Of a stretch of 64,000 nt of DNA, positions 53,012 to 63,500 are shown piece after piece. The translations under genes were made by a program, and so were the position numbers. The DNA comes from Calditrichia bacterium. Its GTDB lineage: Bacteria; Calditrichota; Calditrichia; JAJRVZ01. The stretch is taken from assembly GCA_963796965.1 (NCBI GenBank), contig CAWCNS010000009.1, positions 384,001 to 448,000 of the forward strand, in the 5' to 3' direction. The first letter of the stretch is position 1. Every line of letters starts with the position of its first letter. Below the pieces are notes generated by a model, which saw nothing but the letters and a program-made list of their open reading frames with translations, had not been told where the DNA came from and did not search any database.

Positions 53012-53296
53012 TTAATCATTGAACATTTCCACCCAAACGTTATGATTAATTAATCCATAGTCTTTAAATGCGGCTGCCAATCTTAGACCCAGTGGACTGC
53101 CGTTGGCTTCAACATACTGGGAATCATGGTGTAAGTGAATGCAAAAGTCGGTATCTACCGATTTATGGCTATATGCGCTCATTCTGCATTCATCGCTACT
53201 TTTATCCAATTCTTCAATTAATTTTTTTAACTCCCGATCCAGGATATGCCTATTCGCATTCACCGAGCGCAACTCTATAATCTCTAACCATTTCAT
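53012..53296 (-). CDS. Small conserved-looking hypothetical protein (94 aa)
   Basis: MKWLEIIELRS...GLINHNVWVE with an AAGGA RBS. The longer start at 53389 runs through a repeat element. Confidence 0.75.
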   Translation of the reverse strand: MKWLEIIELRSVNANRHILDRELKKLIEELDKSSDECRMSAYSHKSVDTDFCIHLHHDSQYVEANGSPLGLRLAAAFKDYGLINHNVWVEMFND

Positions 53297-53334
53297 GCTA
53301 CTTCCTTTTGATTTTATGGGTAGTATAAAAAGAT

Positions 53335-53457
53335 AACCACCCCGTACCAGTCTGGATCCACCAGCCTCCACGGGACAGGCAGAGGACACGGAGTAATCAC
53401 TTAATATTTATTGAGTTAATCGCATTTACTATTGCCTTCTCTGAGGTCTCTGTGGTT
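53335..53457. repeat. ACCAC-type inverted-repeat element with 40-nt hairpin insert
   Basis: AACCAC[53341-53380]AGAGGACACGGAG ... CTCTGAGGTCTCTGTGGTT. Confidence 0.8.
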
Positions 53458-53518
53458 TCATTATTGTCATGATTTTTTTCATTAACATTTTATTGTCCTA
53501 TCGCTCTATAAATGAGGA

Positions 53519-53534
53519 TGCCAATTGCATGCCA
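53519..53534 (-). promoter_or_regulatory. Sigma54 -24/-12 promoter
   Basis: The minus strand reads TGGCATGCAATTGGCA, with GG and GC 10 nt apart. It faces the oxidoreductase run and is divergent from a bEBP gene. Confidence 0.75.
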
Positions 53535-53583
53535 ATCATATAACTACAATAATATCAAGTACATGTGAATACCACCTATTCAA

Positions 53584-53651
53584 TAATTGCCGTATATGAT
53601 AATAATTATTGCCATATACGGCAATTAATTGTATTTTTACCAAATATGACA
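53584..53651. promoter_or_regulatory. Candidate enhancer (UAS) sites for the sigma54 activator
   Basis: Perfect 15-bp IR (53584-53598 / 53613-53627). Three related 14-mers: TGCCGTATATGATA, TGCCATATACGGCA, TACCAAATATGACA. Confidence 0.7.
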
Positions 53652-53674
53652 CTTTTTTAAAATGGGAATGTGAA

Positions 53675-55207
53675 ATGAATGAAAATGAATTTTTTCGTCA
53701 GGCAACGTTAAGAGTATGTGGAAACCTGGAGATTGAAAAAGCCTTACAGTCCTGCCTTCTTTATATGAAGCAGGTATTACCTGTGGATATAATATTTTTG
53801 GAATATTATGATATCGATTATGGGGCCATGCGTACGATTGCCAAAGCGACCTCATCAGAATCTACTCTATTAGATCAGATCACGCCCTTATCCCGAGAGG
53901 CCAGACGTTCTGCCGAATTGAAGGAATTACCTTATAAGAATAATGTTTTTATTTACAAAGATCCGTATAAATACGCTATCAGCCGGGAGATGCTCCAGTT
54001 TCACAACATCACCTGCGCAGATTTGATGGTGATGAACCTGGTTGCCAATGATAAGGTATTGGGTGCTCTTGTTCTTATTTCGGAAAAGGAGAAATTTAAC
54101 GATCAACATGCTGATCTGGTGGCCCTGCTAAAGGATCCGTTTATTATTGCCATGGCCAATGCACTCAAGCATCGGGAAGTGCTCAAATTTAAAGATCTTT
54201 TAACTGATGATAACCGCTATTTGCATGGCGAATTGCGCCGGATTTCCGGAGATGAAATCATCGGTGCTAATTTTGGCTTAAGAGACGTGATGCATAAAGT
54301 ACAACAGGTGGCTGTATTGGATAGCCCGGTGTTACTGCTTGGTGAAACCGGTGTTGGAAAAGATGTCATTGCCAATGCGATCCACTATTCTTCAAACCGC
54401 AGTTCCAATCCCTTTGTCAGCGTTAATTGCGGCGCCATTCCTGATACCCTAATTGACAGTGAATTATTTGGTCATGAAAAGGGTGCCTTTACAGGCGCCT
54501 TGAGCCAAAAAAGAGGTCGTTTTGAACGGGCCAACGGTGGCACGATTTTTCTTGATGAAATTGGCGAATTGCCTCTTCAGGCTCAGGTTCGCCTTCTAAA
54601 AGTTTTACAGGATAAGGAAATTGAGCGCGTAGGCGGTATCAAAACGATTCCTCTGAATATCCGGATCATTGCTGCCACGAACCGCAACCTGGATGCAATG
54701 GTTAAATCAGGTCAATTTCGGGCAGATCTTCTCTTCCGGTTGAATGTTTTTCCAATTTGGATACCACCCCTCCGTGATCGAACAATGGATATTCCCACCC
54801 TGGTGCAGCACTTTATCAGCCTTAAATCCCGGGAGCTAAAATTAAAACGGATTCAAACAATATCCCCGGGAGAAATGGACCAATTAATGAATTATGCCTG
54901 GCCCGGTAACGTCAGAGAATTACAAAATGTCATTGAACGGGCATTGATACTTAATCCAACGGGCCCCCTTAAATTTGAGAATCTGCAAAGCGATCAAAAG
55001 AATGTTCAGGCAACAGTTGAACAGGCATTGCGCGAAGTGGTCTCTCTGGATGATTCCATTCGCCGCCATATTAAAGAGACCCTGGTTAAAACGAAAGGGA
55101 AAATTCATGGCAAAGGCGGGGCGGCGCAACTATTGGGTATTAACGCCAGTACCCTTAGAAACAGAATGAATAAACTAGGAATTATATATGGAAGGGAGAA
55201 TAAATGA
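53675..55207 (+). CDS. Sigma54-dependent enhancer-binding protein (GAF-AAA+-HTH)
   Basis: GETGVGKD, SELFGHEKGAFTGA, FLDEIGE, WPGNVREL, and HTH GAAQLLGINASTL. Confidence 0.95.
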   Translation: MNENEFFRQATLRVCGNLEIEKALQSCLLYMKQVLPVDIIFLEYYDIDYGAMRTIAKATSSESTLLDQITPLSREARRSAELKELPYKNNVFIYKDPYKYAISREMLQFHNITCADLMVMNLVANDKVLGALVLISEKEKFNDQHADLVALLKDPFIIAMANALKHREVLKFKDLLTDDNRYLHGELRRISGDEIIGANFGLRDVMHKVQQVAVLDSPVLLLGETGVGKDVIANAIHYSSNRSSNPFVSVNCGAIPDTLIDSELFGHEKGAFTGALSQKRGRFERANGGTIFLDEIGELPLQAQVRLLKVLQDKEIERVGGIKTIPLNIRIIAATNRNLDAMVKSGQFRADLLFRLNVFPIWIPPLRDRTMDIPTLVQHFISLKSRELKLKRIQTISPGEMDQLMNYAWPGNVRELQNVIERALILNPTGPLKFENLQSDQKNVQATVEQALREVVSLDDSIRRHIKETLVKTKGKIHGKGGAAQLLGINASTLRNRMNKLGIIYGRENK

Positions 55208-55644
55208 CCGATCTTTCTTTTACTTCCCAGGTCACTTTATACATTATCCTTTTTCTGATGGCATCCATGGCTTTAATCATTTTCATCTGGCAGCTGCAGG
55301 TCTGGCAGGGAAAGGCGATGAAAAATGCCGATGGTTCGGTGGACAGCTGGCAGGAACAAAAGATCCTCTATGGTGCTGCCCTGGCCGATCTGATTCTGGC
55401 CTGTCCCTTGACGATTACAGGTATAGTCCTAATATTTATCATTCCCAATTGGGGACATTTTTTATTGATCCTGGTCAGTTTCTGGTTTGTATGGGCCAAT
55501 ATCATGACTACGGCCACCAGTCTCCGTTTTGAAAATCCGCGGTTCACTCTCTATTGGATTGTGACATTTCCCTTTGGAATACTAATAGGGATAAGCTACC
55601 TGGTTTGGTTTATGATTCATTTTAGCATAATTGCATCTGGTTAA
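55204..55644 (+). CDS. Hypothetical 4-TM membrane protein
   Basis: ATGA overlap with the activator gene; four hydrophobic segments. Confidence 0.75.
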   Translation: MTDLSFTSQVTLYIILFLMASMALIIFIWQLQVWQGKAMKNADGSVDSWQEQKILYGAALADLILACPLTITGIVLIFIIPNWGHFLLILVSFWFVWANIMTTATSLRFENPRFTLYWIVTFPFGILIGISYLVWFMIHFSIIASG

Positions 55645-55742
55645 TATTTATATACTCTAATACAGGATCTCACCACCCTCCTGAAAAGAGGCCGTTGCAG
55701 ATTAGGGAGATATTAGGCAAATCACCGATCAAGGGAGTAGTT

Positions 55743-56165
55743 ATGGAAATTATTTGGGGAGTTCTGATAATTTTGTTTTCATTGATTGCATGGGTTGGCC
55801 AGTTAATATCAGCCATTTCCTCTGAAAAAGCCCAGGCACTTGGTCTGGCCGAAGAAGAATCTGATGTGGATCCCGTATTTCTAACCGATATCAAAGCGGA
55901 AGCTATCTGGGATTCACTGATGTTATGGACATTACCTTTAGCCGGAATTCTACTTATTATCAATCATCCTTGGTGGATCTATTTTGGATTAATTGGCGGA
56001 GGTAGCTACTTATATTTTGCCGGCCGGGGAATCATTGTGCGCATTATGATGCAGCGTAAAGGAATTCATATCGGTAATCCCTCAAATATTAAAACAGCCT
56101 ATATATTTTTAAGTATTTGGGGAATCATTGCTCTGACAACAATTGTGCTTGTTCTTATGAGATAG
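55743..56165 (+). CDS. Hypothetical 4-TM membrane protein
   Basis: GGAG RBS before ATG 55743; four hydrophobic segments. Confidence 0.75.
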   Translation: MEIIWGVLIILFSLIAWVGQLISAISSEKAQALGLAEEESDVDPVFLTDIKAEAIWDSLMLWTLPLAGILLIINHPWWIYFGLIGGGSYLYFAGRGIIVRIMMQRKGIHIGNPSNIKTAYIFLSIWGIIALTTIVLVLMR

Positions 56166-56171
56166 GATTTT

Positions 56172-56392
56172 AACACAGAGTCCACAGAGAATGTCGAAGA
56201 GACTATAGGCAACTTTTCAAGAATATTAGATATTGGTTAATTCTAAATAGAAAAAGTCACGGTCAAGATCGCCGAGTTTTCTGGGACTTTTATTTATAAA
56301 TAACTCCGTGAACTCTGTGTGCTCCGTGGTTCAGAATGAGAGTATTTTTAACTCAAATTCGTGAAATTCGTTTTAATCCGTGGAATTCGTGG
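56172..56392. repeat. Cluster of ACCAC/CCACG-type repeat arms
   Basis: ACACAGAGTCCACAGAG ... CTCCGTGAACTCTGTGTGCTCCGTGGTT, followed by an AATTCGTG-periodic arm like that at 59331-59370. Confidence 0.6.
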
Positions 56393-56703
56393 ATAAAAAT
56401 CTGCAGCCCTTCCACGATCTAATAAAATGATCTAATATTGAATTGAATTTGTATTTAAATCATTTCCTTTCGTAATTTTTATAAGATACTCTTTTTTAGC
56501 CGAAATACTTATCTCATTCTCTAATCATTCTGATAATATTATTCAGAATGATTATCTTAGTGGAATTCCTGAAATTGATTTGCGTTTGAGATTAATACTG
56601 TTTTATTTCCTCAATAAGATTATGTCAAAACATAGTTTATTATCTCACACATTATTCATTTATATATGGTAACTAATATCCAAAATTCAAAGGATTATAA
56701 ATC

Positions 56704-59076
56704 ATGAGAAATTATATTATTAAATTCATCATGATAGTTCTATTCATCTCAGCATCGTGCGGCCATTCACTCCATGCCAATGATAAGAATATTTTCAATA
56801 TAGGTATCATAATCGATGGTCAATGGAGCAAAAATACTGAATATATTGCGATGATCAAATCTGAGATATTGGAATTAACCAGAAATGAATTTGATGTAAG
56901 GTTTCCGCAGGACAAACAGTTTGAGGGCGATTGGAAGATTCAACGTATTAAATCTGCTGTTGAAAATTTACTGGCAGACAAGGACGTTGATCTTGTGTTA
57001 ACACTTGGTGTTATTGCTTCTCATGAAATTGCCACCAGAAAAAAGTTAGAAAAACCGGTCATTGCGCCATTTGTATTAAATCCTCAGATTCAGGGTATCC
57101 CTCTCCAGGACGGAGAGAGTGGTAAAAAAAACCTTAGTTATATTCATACGCCCTTTACCTCCTTAAATACATTAAAGGATTTTCAACATGTGGTAGAATT
57201 TAGCACCATGACTTATTTGATTAATACATTGTATTTGGAAACTATCCCAGCGCTCGGTGAGAATATCAAAAGTCTTTGTGATCAATTGGGGATCAAGGTA
57301 CATATACTGGAAGTTGAAGAATCAATAGAAGCTGTTCTAAAAAATATTCCGGCAGAAACAGAAGCCGTTTATGTTTCACCGGTACTGCACTTAAAGGATT
57401 CTGAGTATGATCATCTGATTAAAACATTAAAGGTCAGAAAGTTGCCTAGTTTTTCTCTTCTCGGTACGGCTGATGTGCAACGTGGATTTTACACAACGAA
57501 CAGACCTGATATATTTCCCCGGGTAGCCCGACGCATTGCCCTTAATACGCAGAGGATTCTGATAGGCGATGACCCGGAAGAAATTCCGGTAAGATTTGAT
57601 CCCGGCGCACAGATTACCATCAATATGCAAACCGCCCGGGAGATCAATGCCTATCCTAAGGTCGATGTATTAACCGAGGCAGAATTAATCAATCAGGACC
57701 AGGATGAATTGGGGATGGTTTTAGCCCTTGAAGATGCAATCAACACGGCAATAAAGTCAAATCTGGATATCTCCGCAAGAAAAAAATACGTATTAGCCGG
57801 TTCTGAAAATATCGGAATCGCCCGTTCGCCCCTGCTTCCGCAGTTAGATATTCTGGGACAGGGTTTAATAATCGATGAGGATCGGGCGCAATCCAGTTTT
57901 GGATCGCAACCCGAGAAAATGGTCACAGGAACACTAAGTGCAACGCAACTCATATATTCAGAACCAGTCTGGGCCAATCTTTCCATACAAAATTCATTTC
58001 AGGATGTCCGCGAGGATGAATATAATCAAACTGAGTTAGATCTTCTCCTGGAAGCGGCCACCGCATTTTTCGATGTACTGCGTATACAAAACATCGAGAA
58101 TATTGAAAAGGAAAATTTGAAACGAACCAAGTCTAACCTGGAAATGGCCCGGGTCAGAGAGGCTGCGGGAAGTGCAGGTCCGGCAGAAGTATATCGCTGG
58201 GAGAGTCAATTGGCTCAAAACCGCAATGTTGTTATTCAGGTGCTGGCCAGTAAAAATGTTGCCCGAATCAATTTAAACCGGATCCTGAACCGGAAATTGG
58301 ATCAATCCCATCTGTTTAATGAACATAATCTTTATACCGATGAGCTGGCAAAAGACAATAATGTTTTTAAAAGGTATTTATCCAATCTGAAAACCTTTGA
58401 TATTCTTCCCGATTTTCTCGTAAAAGAGGGTATGGCCAATTCCCCGGAACTTTCTGCCTTACAAAATGCAATTAATGCCCGTGACCGCGCTTTGACATCA
58501 GCGACAAACAGTTTTTGGGCCCCCACATTGGCAGTTCAGGCAGATTATACCAATGTTTTTTTCCGCTCCGGTGCCGGGAGCGAATACCAGTCCTTTTTTC
58601 CAAATCAGATCCAACCTGATGATCAATTCTGGTCTGTTGCATTGAATTTCTCATTCCCTTTGTTTCATGGGGCAGAACGGTTTGCGCAACGAAGACAATC
58701 CAATGATGAATTGGATCAGTTGCAAATTGAATACAATTCCGTTGCCCAAAAGATTGAGCAGCAGATCAGATCAAGAATTTATATTGTTGGGGCTGCCTTT
58801 GCCGCAATTGAGCAGACCAGACTGGCTTCCGAAGCGGCCAATAAATCCTTAAACGTTGTCCAGGACAGCTATGCGCAGGGGTTGGTATCAATCCTTGATT
58901 TACTCGATGCTCAGAATACGGCGCTTATTGCCGATGAGCTGGCCGCCACTGCCGTGTTTGATTTTATTTTAGAATTAATGGCAACAGAGAGAGCCCTTGG
59001 TAAGTTTTATCTGAAAATGAGTGATGAGGAGATTGAGGCATTGCAGGGTCGGTTAGAAGTCTATCTGGCGAAATGA
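56704..59076 (+). CDS. TolC-family outer membrane channel with N-terminal periplasmic substrate-binding-like domain
   Basis: The C-terminal ~450 aa carry TolC motifs (LEDAI..A..SN, LLPQL, Y.QGLVSILDLLDAQ). The N-terminal ~330 aa end in IL.G..P..IPV...INMQTA..I, as in ABC substrate-binding proteins. Confidence 0.85.
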   Translation: MRNYIIKFIMIVLFISASCGHSLHANDKNIFNIGIIIDGQWSKNTEYIAMIKSEILELTRNEFDVRFPQDKQFEGDWKIQRIKSAVENLLADKDVDLVLTLGVIASHEIATRKKLEKPVIAPFVLNPQIQGIPLQDGESGKKNLSYIHTPFTSLNTLKDFQHVVEFSTMTYLINTLYLETIPALGENIKSLCDQLGIKVHILEVEESIEAVLKNIPAETEAVYVSPVLHLKDSEYDHLIKTLKVRKLPSFSLLGTADVQRGFYTTNRPDIFPRVARRIALNTQRILIGDDPEEIPVRFDPGAQITINMQTAREINAYPKVDVLTEAELINQDQDELGMVLALEDAINTAIKSNLDISARKKYVLAGSENIGIARSPLLPQLDILGQGLIIDEDRAQSSFGSQPEKMVTGTLSATQLIYSEPVWANLSIQNSFQDVREDEYNQTELDLLLEAATAFFDVLRIQNIENIEKENLKRTKSNLEMARVREAAGSAGPAEVYRWESQLAQNRNVVIQVLASKNVARINLNRILNRKLDQSHLFNEHNLYTDELAKDNNVFKRYLSNLKTFDILPDFLVKEGMANSPELSALQNAINARDRALTSATNSFWAPTLAVQADYTNVFFRSGAGSEYQSFFPNQIQPDDQFWSVALNFSFPLFHGAERFAQRRQSNDELDQLQIEYNSVAQKIEQQIRSRIYIVGAAFAAIEQTRLASEAANKSLNVVQDSYAQGLVSILDLLDAQNTALIADELAATAVFDFILELMATERALGKFYLKMSDEEIEALQGRLEVYLAK

Positions 59077-59087
59077 TTATAAAAAAG

Positions 59088-59370
59088 TCCACGAATTACA
59101 CTAATTTTTTCGAATTTTACAAAAAAAAATAAGGGTTTTCATTCAGAAAGATGTTCAAATTATATACTAACTATTAAATCCTTTAGTCATCATCTTGAAA
59201 AGATCTTCCTTCGTGTCGAATCAGATCTGTCAAGCAGGAAGATCCCTCCAGGATGACACCATTAATGCAAAATGCAACATGAAAAATCAAAAAGTTCTGG
59301 AATTTGCTATAATCAGTGTTATTAGCGACACAATTTCGTGAAATTCGCCAAAATTAGTGTAATTCGTGGA
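59088..59370. repeat. CCACGAA-type inverted-repeat element enclosing a REP-like unit
   Basis: Perfect 21-bp IR TCCACGAATTACACTAATTTT / AAAATTAGTGTAATTCGTGGA. Confidence 0.85.
59189..59258 (-). repeat. TGTCAT-family REP-like unit, copy 3 (no inner hairpin)
   Basis: The reverse complement reads TGTCATCCTG|GAGGGATCTTCC...CACGAAGGAAGATCTTTTCAAGATGAT. Confidence 0.75.
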
Positions 59371-59415
59371 ACAAATTCGTGGACAAAAAAGCCCCCTCAT
59401 AGTAAGGAGGAAACT

Positions 59416-60519
59416 ATGTTAGAACAAAAATTTTTAAGCCGTATATTCTTGCCCCTATTAATAATCCTACTGATTTCATCCTGCCAGAAAGAACAGGAAA
59501 AAATCGAGGTGATAAGACCGGTACGGACGGAACAGGTATTCTCTACGGGCAGGGCTCGTTCCCGGATTTTCACGGGGATGGTAAAATCCGGCAGTGAATC
59601 ACGACTTAGTTTCAAAGTACCGGGAACCGTTCAGCAGGTGGCAGTAGAAATTGGCGATAAGGTAAACAGCGGTGCTTTGCTGGCCAAACTTGATCCCACC
59701 GATTATGATATCCAGGTAAAGGAAGCTGAAAATGCCAGAGATCTGGCCCGGGCCGGCGAGGTTCAGGCCAAAGCCAATTATGACCGAATAAGAACCCTTT
59801 ATGAAAATCGCACTGCCTCAAAAAGTGCCCTGGAGGCAGCACGTGCCGCTTACGAATCTGCCCATGAACAGGATAATATTGCAAAAAAAAGACGCAAGTT
59901 AGCCAGACGACAATTGGAATATACAGAATTACGGGCCCCGGTGGCAGGGGCCGTCTCCGATGTGAGAATTGAAGAGAATGAAAATGTTCAACCCGGTCAA
60001 ACCGCCATCATTTATACATCAGGGTCGAAATTGGAAGTCCAGGTAACCATGCCCGAATTATTAATCGCCCAGGTTAAAGAAGGGAATGAAGTGAGCGTAT
60101 CTCTTGATGCTGTGGCTGGAAAGTCATTCACAGCACGGGTGACGGAAGTGGGCATATCATCAACCTCCTATGCAACCACCTATCCTGTAATTGTTCAATT
60201 GGGGGAGAAGGATCCGGGTGTCCGGCCGGGAATGGCCGCAGAAGTTACTTTTGAATTTAAGGGCAGTGATGACCGGGCAAACATAATCGTCCCTCCCGTG
60301 GCAGTTGGAGAGGATCGCCTGGGTCGATTTGTATTCGTGGTGGAACCTGCCGATTCGGGACTTGGAATTGTTCACAAAAAAGCAGTTGCTGTCGGAGAAT
60401 TGCATTCTGAAGGCCTCGTTATCCTCGAGGGACTTAATGATGGGGACCATCTTGTTATTGCAGGCGTTTCAAAGATTATCGACGGACAAAAAGTAAAGTT
60501 TGACAGAGCGGAGAATTAA
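59416..60519 (+). CDS. RND efflux periplasmic adaptor (membrane fusion lipoprotein)
   Basis: AAGGAGG RBS, lipobox ISSC, LSFKVPG, LRAPVAG, RPGM.A.V. Confidence 0.93.
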   Translation: MLEQKFLSRIFLPLLIILLISSCQKEQEKIEVIRPVRTEQVFSTGRARSRIFTGMVKSGSESRLSFKVPGTVQQVAVEIGDKVNSGALLAKLDPTDYDIQVKEAENARDLARAGEVQAKANYDRIRTLYENRTASKSALEAARAAYESAHEQDNIAKKRRKLARRQLEYTELRAPVAGAVSDVRIEENENVQPGQTAIIYTSGSKLEVQVTMPELLIAQVKEGNEVSVSLDAVAGKSFTARVTEVGISSTSYATTYPVIVQLGEKDPGVRPGMAAEVTFEFKGSDDRANIIVPPVAVGEDRLGRFVFVVEPADSGLGIVHKKAVAVGELHSEGLVILEGLNDGDHLVIAGVSKIIDGQKVKFDRAEN

Positions 60520-60522
60520 CAG

Positions 60523-63500
60523 ATGAATATCACTCAATTTTCAATTGAAAAAAAACGTGTTCTGTTTACCTTCTTATTTGTCATTTTTGTAACCGGTATA
60601 ATGACTTATATGAATATGCCCCGTTCCGAAGATCCCGGATTTGTAATTAAAAATGCGGTGGTTCTAACTTATTTTCCCGGTGCCAGCCCGGAACGTGTTG
60701 AGTTGCTGATAACAGATAAATTGGAAAAAACCATACAGGAAATGCCGGAACTCGATAATATTATGAGTGAATCTAAACCCGGACTTTCCATTGTATATGT
60801 CAATATACAGGAAAAGTACCGGGTAATGAGACCCATATGGGATAATCTGAGGCGAAAAGTTAATGCGGCAAAACAGGATTTGCCTAAGGGCATTTATGGT
60901 CCTTTTGTCAATGATGAATTCGGAGATGTCTTTGGTTCACAAATCAGTATTACCGGGGAGGGATATACCTACGCAGAATTGAAGCAGATAGCCGATGAAT
61001 GCCGTAATGAGTTATTATTAATTCCGGAAGCAGCAAAAGTTGAAATTACAGGTGCACAAGAAGAACGGGTTTTTGTTGAATTTAATAATGCCCGCCTGGC
61101 TGAAATTGGCATATCCCCCGGTCAATTGAGCCAGATTCTGCAATCCCGGAATATAATTTTTCCGGGAGGAGAAATATTTACTGATGATGAACAGATGATA
61201 CTGGAGCCCAGTGGAAATTTCGAGTCCATAGAAGAACTTCGCCAAACCGTTATCAGACATCCACAGAAAAACAACCTTATCTATTTTGGTGATATTGCCT
61301 ATATACATCGCGGTTATATAGATCCACCCGCCTCCAAGGCGACCCATAACGGTGATCCCGCCTTGGTTCTGGGGGTTAGTTTGAGAGAAGGTGGTAATAT
61401 TATCGTTCTGGGTGAAGATATAAACAAAAAAGTGGAGCGTTTTAAAGAGGTTTATCCCATTGGCGTTGATTTTAATATCATTTATAGCCAGCCTTATTAT
61501 GTACAAAAGAAAATTGACGAATTTACAAACAGCCTGCTGCAGGCCATAGCGATAGTCATTGTCGTGATGCTCATTTTCCTTGGCTTGCGGACGGGTTTGA
61601 TTATATCCAGCCTAATTCCAATGTCAATTCTGATGTCCATCATGATTATGGGATTCTTCAATATTGGTCTTGATCAAATGACCATCGCTGCGCTCATAAT
61701 ATCCCTCGGTTTGTTAGTAGATAATGCCATTGTCATGTCGGAATCCATTATGGTGGGCATCAGTGAAGGGAAAAAAGCCATGAAAGCGGCCATGGATTCG
61801 GCCAAAGAATTACGGGTTCCTTTACTGACCTCTTCCCTTACCACCGCTGCTGCTTTTTTACCCATTTATCTGGCTGAGTCTTCTACCGGAGAATATGCCG
61901 GTCCTATTTTCAAGGTGGTTGCCATAACCCTGATAAGTTCCTGGATATTATCTCTGACCATGACGCCTTTGATGTGTGTTTTATTCCTTAAAGTAAAAAG
62001 ACATAATGAGGGATATTCCAACAGGTTTTATCAATTTTATTCAAACTCGTTGCTCCCCATGTTAAAACATCCCATTTTGACAATTGCCGCTACTTTTCTG
62101 ATTTTTTTTGGCACGATGCAGTTAGGACCCTATATACCAAGCATATTTTTCCCGCCTAATGACAAAGCAGTCATGTATGCCGAATTTCGTCTGCCCGTAG
62201 GTACACCCCTGAGCAAAACCGAGAACATGATCTATAAAGTAGAAGAATTTTTTAAGAATAATATGATAGCCGACTATGATGAGGAGGGAAACATTGTCAA
62301 AGATGGTATCATTGACTGGACTTCTTTTATCGGTTCCGGGGCTCCAAGATTCTATCTTTCTCTTATGGCTGAACAGCAAAGCCCGGAATATGCCTATATC
62401 CAGATAAATGTGACCGACCGCTGGAAAATGGATTTTGATTTCAGACCGGCCATAGAAAATTTCTGTCTTGAACATTTCCCCGATTTAAATTTGGTGGTCT
62501 CACCACTTCTGCTTGGTCCGCCTGTCGCTGCCCCGCTGCAGATTCGTGTTTCCGGATACGAAACGGATGAGGTATTTGATCTGGCAGATAAGGTTGAAGC
62601 GGTCATGGCCTCTATTCCAGGAATTACTGAAATCCGTAATGACTGGGGTGCCCGTACTAAAAAAATTCTGGTAAAGATCAATCAGCCCAGAGCACGCCGG
62701 GCCGGGCTTACCAGCCAGGATGTTGCCCTTTCCTTACAGTCAATTCTTAGTGGTATTCAAACCACCGAGTATCGTGAGGGCGATGAATCCATCCCGGTCA
62801 TTCTCCGGTCTGAGAGCGGCGACAGAAAAGACATCGGCAAATTGGAATCCCATAAAATTTATGTCCAGGCGACAGGACAGTCCGTTCCCCTTCTACAGGT
62901 GGCCGATATAGAAGTGGCCTTTCAGCCATCAAAAATTAAAAGACGCAACCGTCTTAAAACAGTAACAGTAAGTGGCTATACCCTTCCCGGATATAATGCC
63001 ATTGCACTTACCCAGGAAGTTGATAAAATTTTAGCCGAAGACAAAAAAAATTGGCCAATTGGTTATTTATATGAACTTGGAGGTGAGTTTGAGTCGTCAG
63101 GAAAGGCCAACGAATCCCTTGGCGCAAAATTCCCTATCGCTTTTCTTATAATTGTATTGTTGTTGGTCGGGCAATTTGACTCTATACGCCGACCCGTGAT
63201 TATCCTGTTGACAATTCCCCTCGGTATGGTAGGCGTATTTATTGGCTTGTTTATTACACAGGAACCGCTGGGATTCATGGCCATATTGGGAGTTATTTCG
63301 CTGGCCGGGATTGTAATCAACAATGCCATTGTCTTGATAGACCGGATTAAAATTGAAATCGAAGAACATGGTTTGGCTCCGGCCCAGGCAATAATTCAAG
63401 CGGCTAAGAGAAGAATCAGACCAATTTTGCTCACCACGGCCACCACTATTGGCGGATTGATACCACTCTGGCTTGGCGGTGGTGCCATGTTCCGCTCCAT

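Noticed and set aside
53297..53674. Longer starts for the small protein (53389) and the activator (53609)
   Set aside because: These extensions run through the repeat element and the UAS palindromes, and better starts exist at 53296 and 53675.
59338..59415. N-terminal extension of the adaptor ORF
   Set aside because: It translates the repeat arm, and a strong AAGGAGG precedes ATG 59416.
360..63399. Numerous 60-160 aa ORFs overlapping long genes
   Set aside because: These are shadow frames of well-supported CDSs with no independent motifs.
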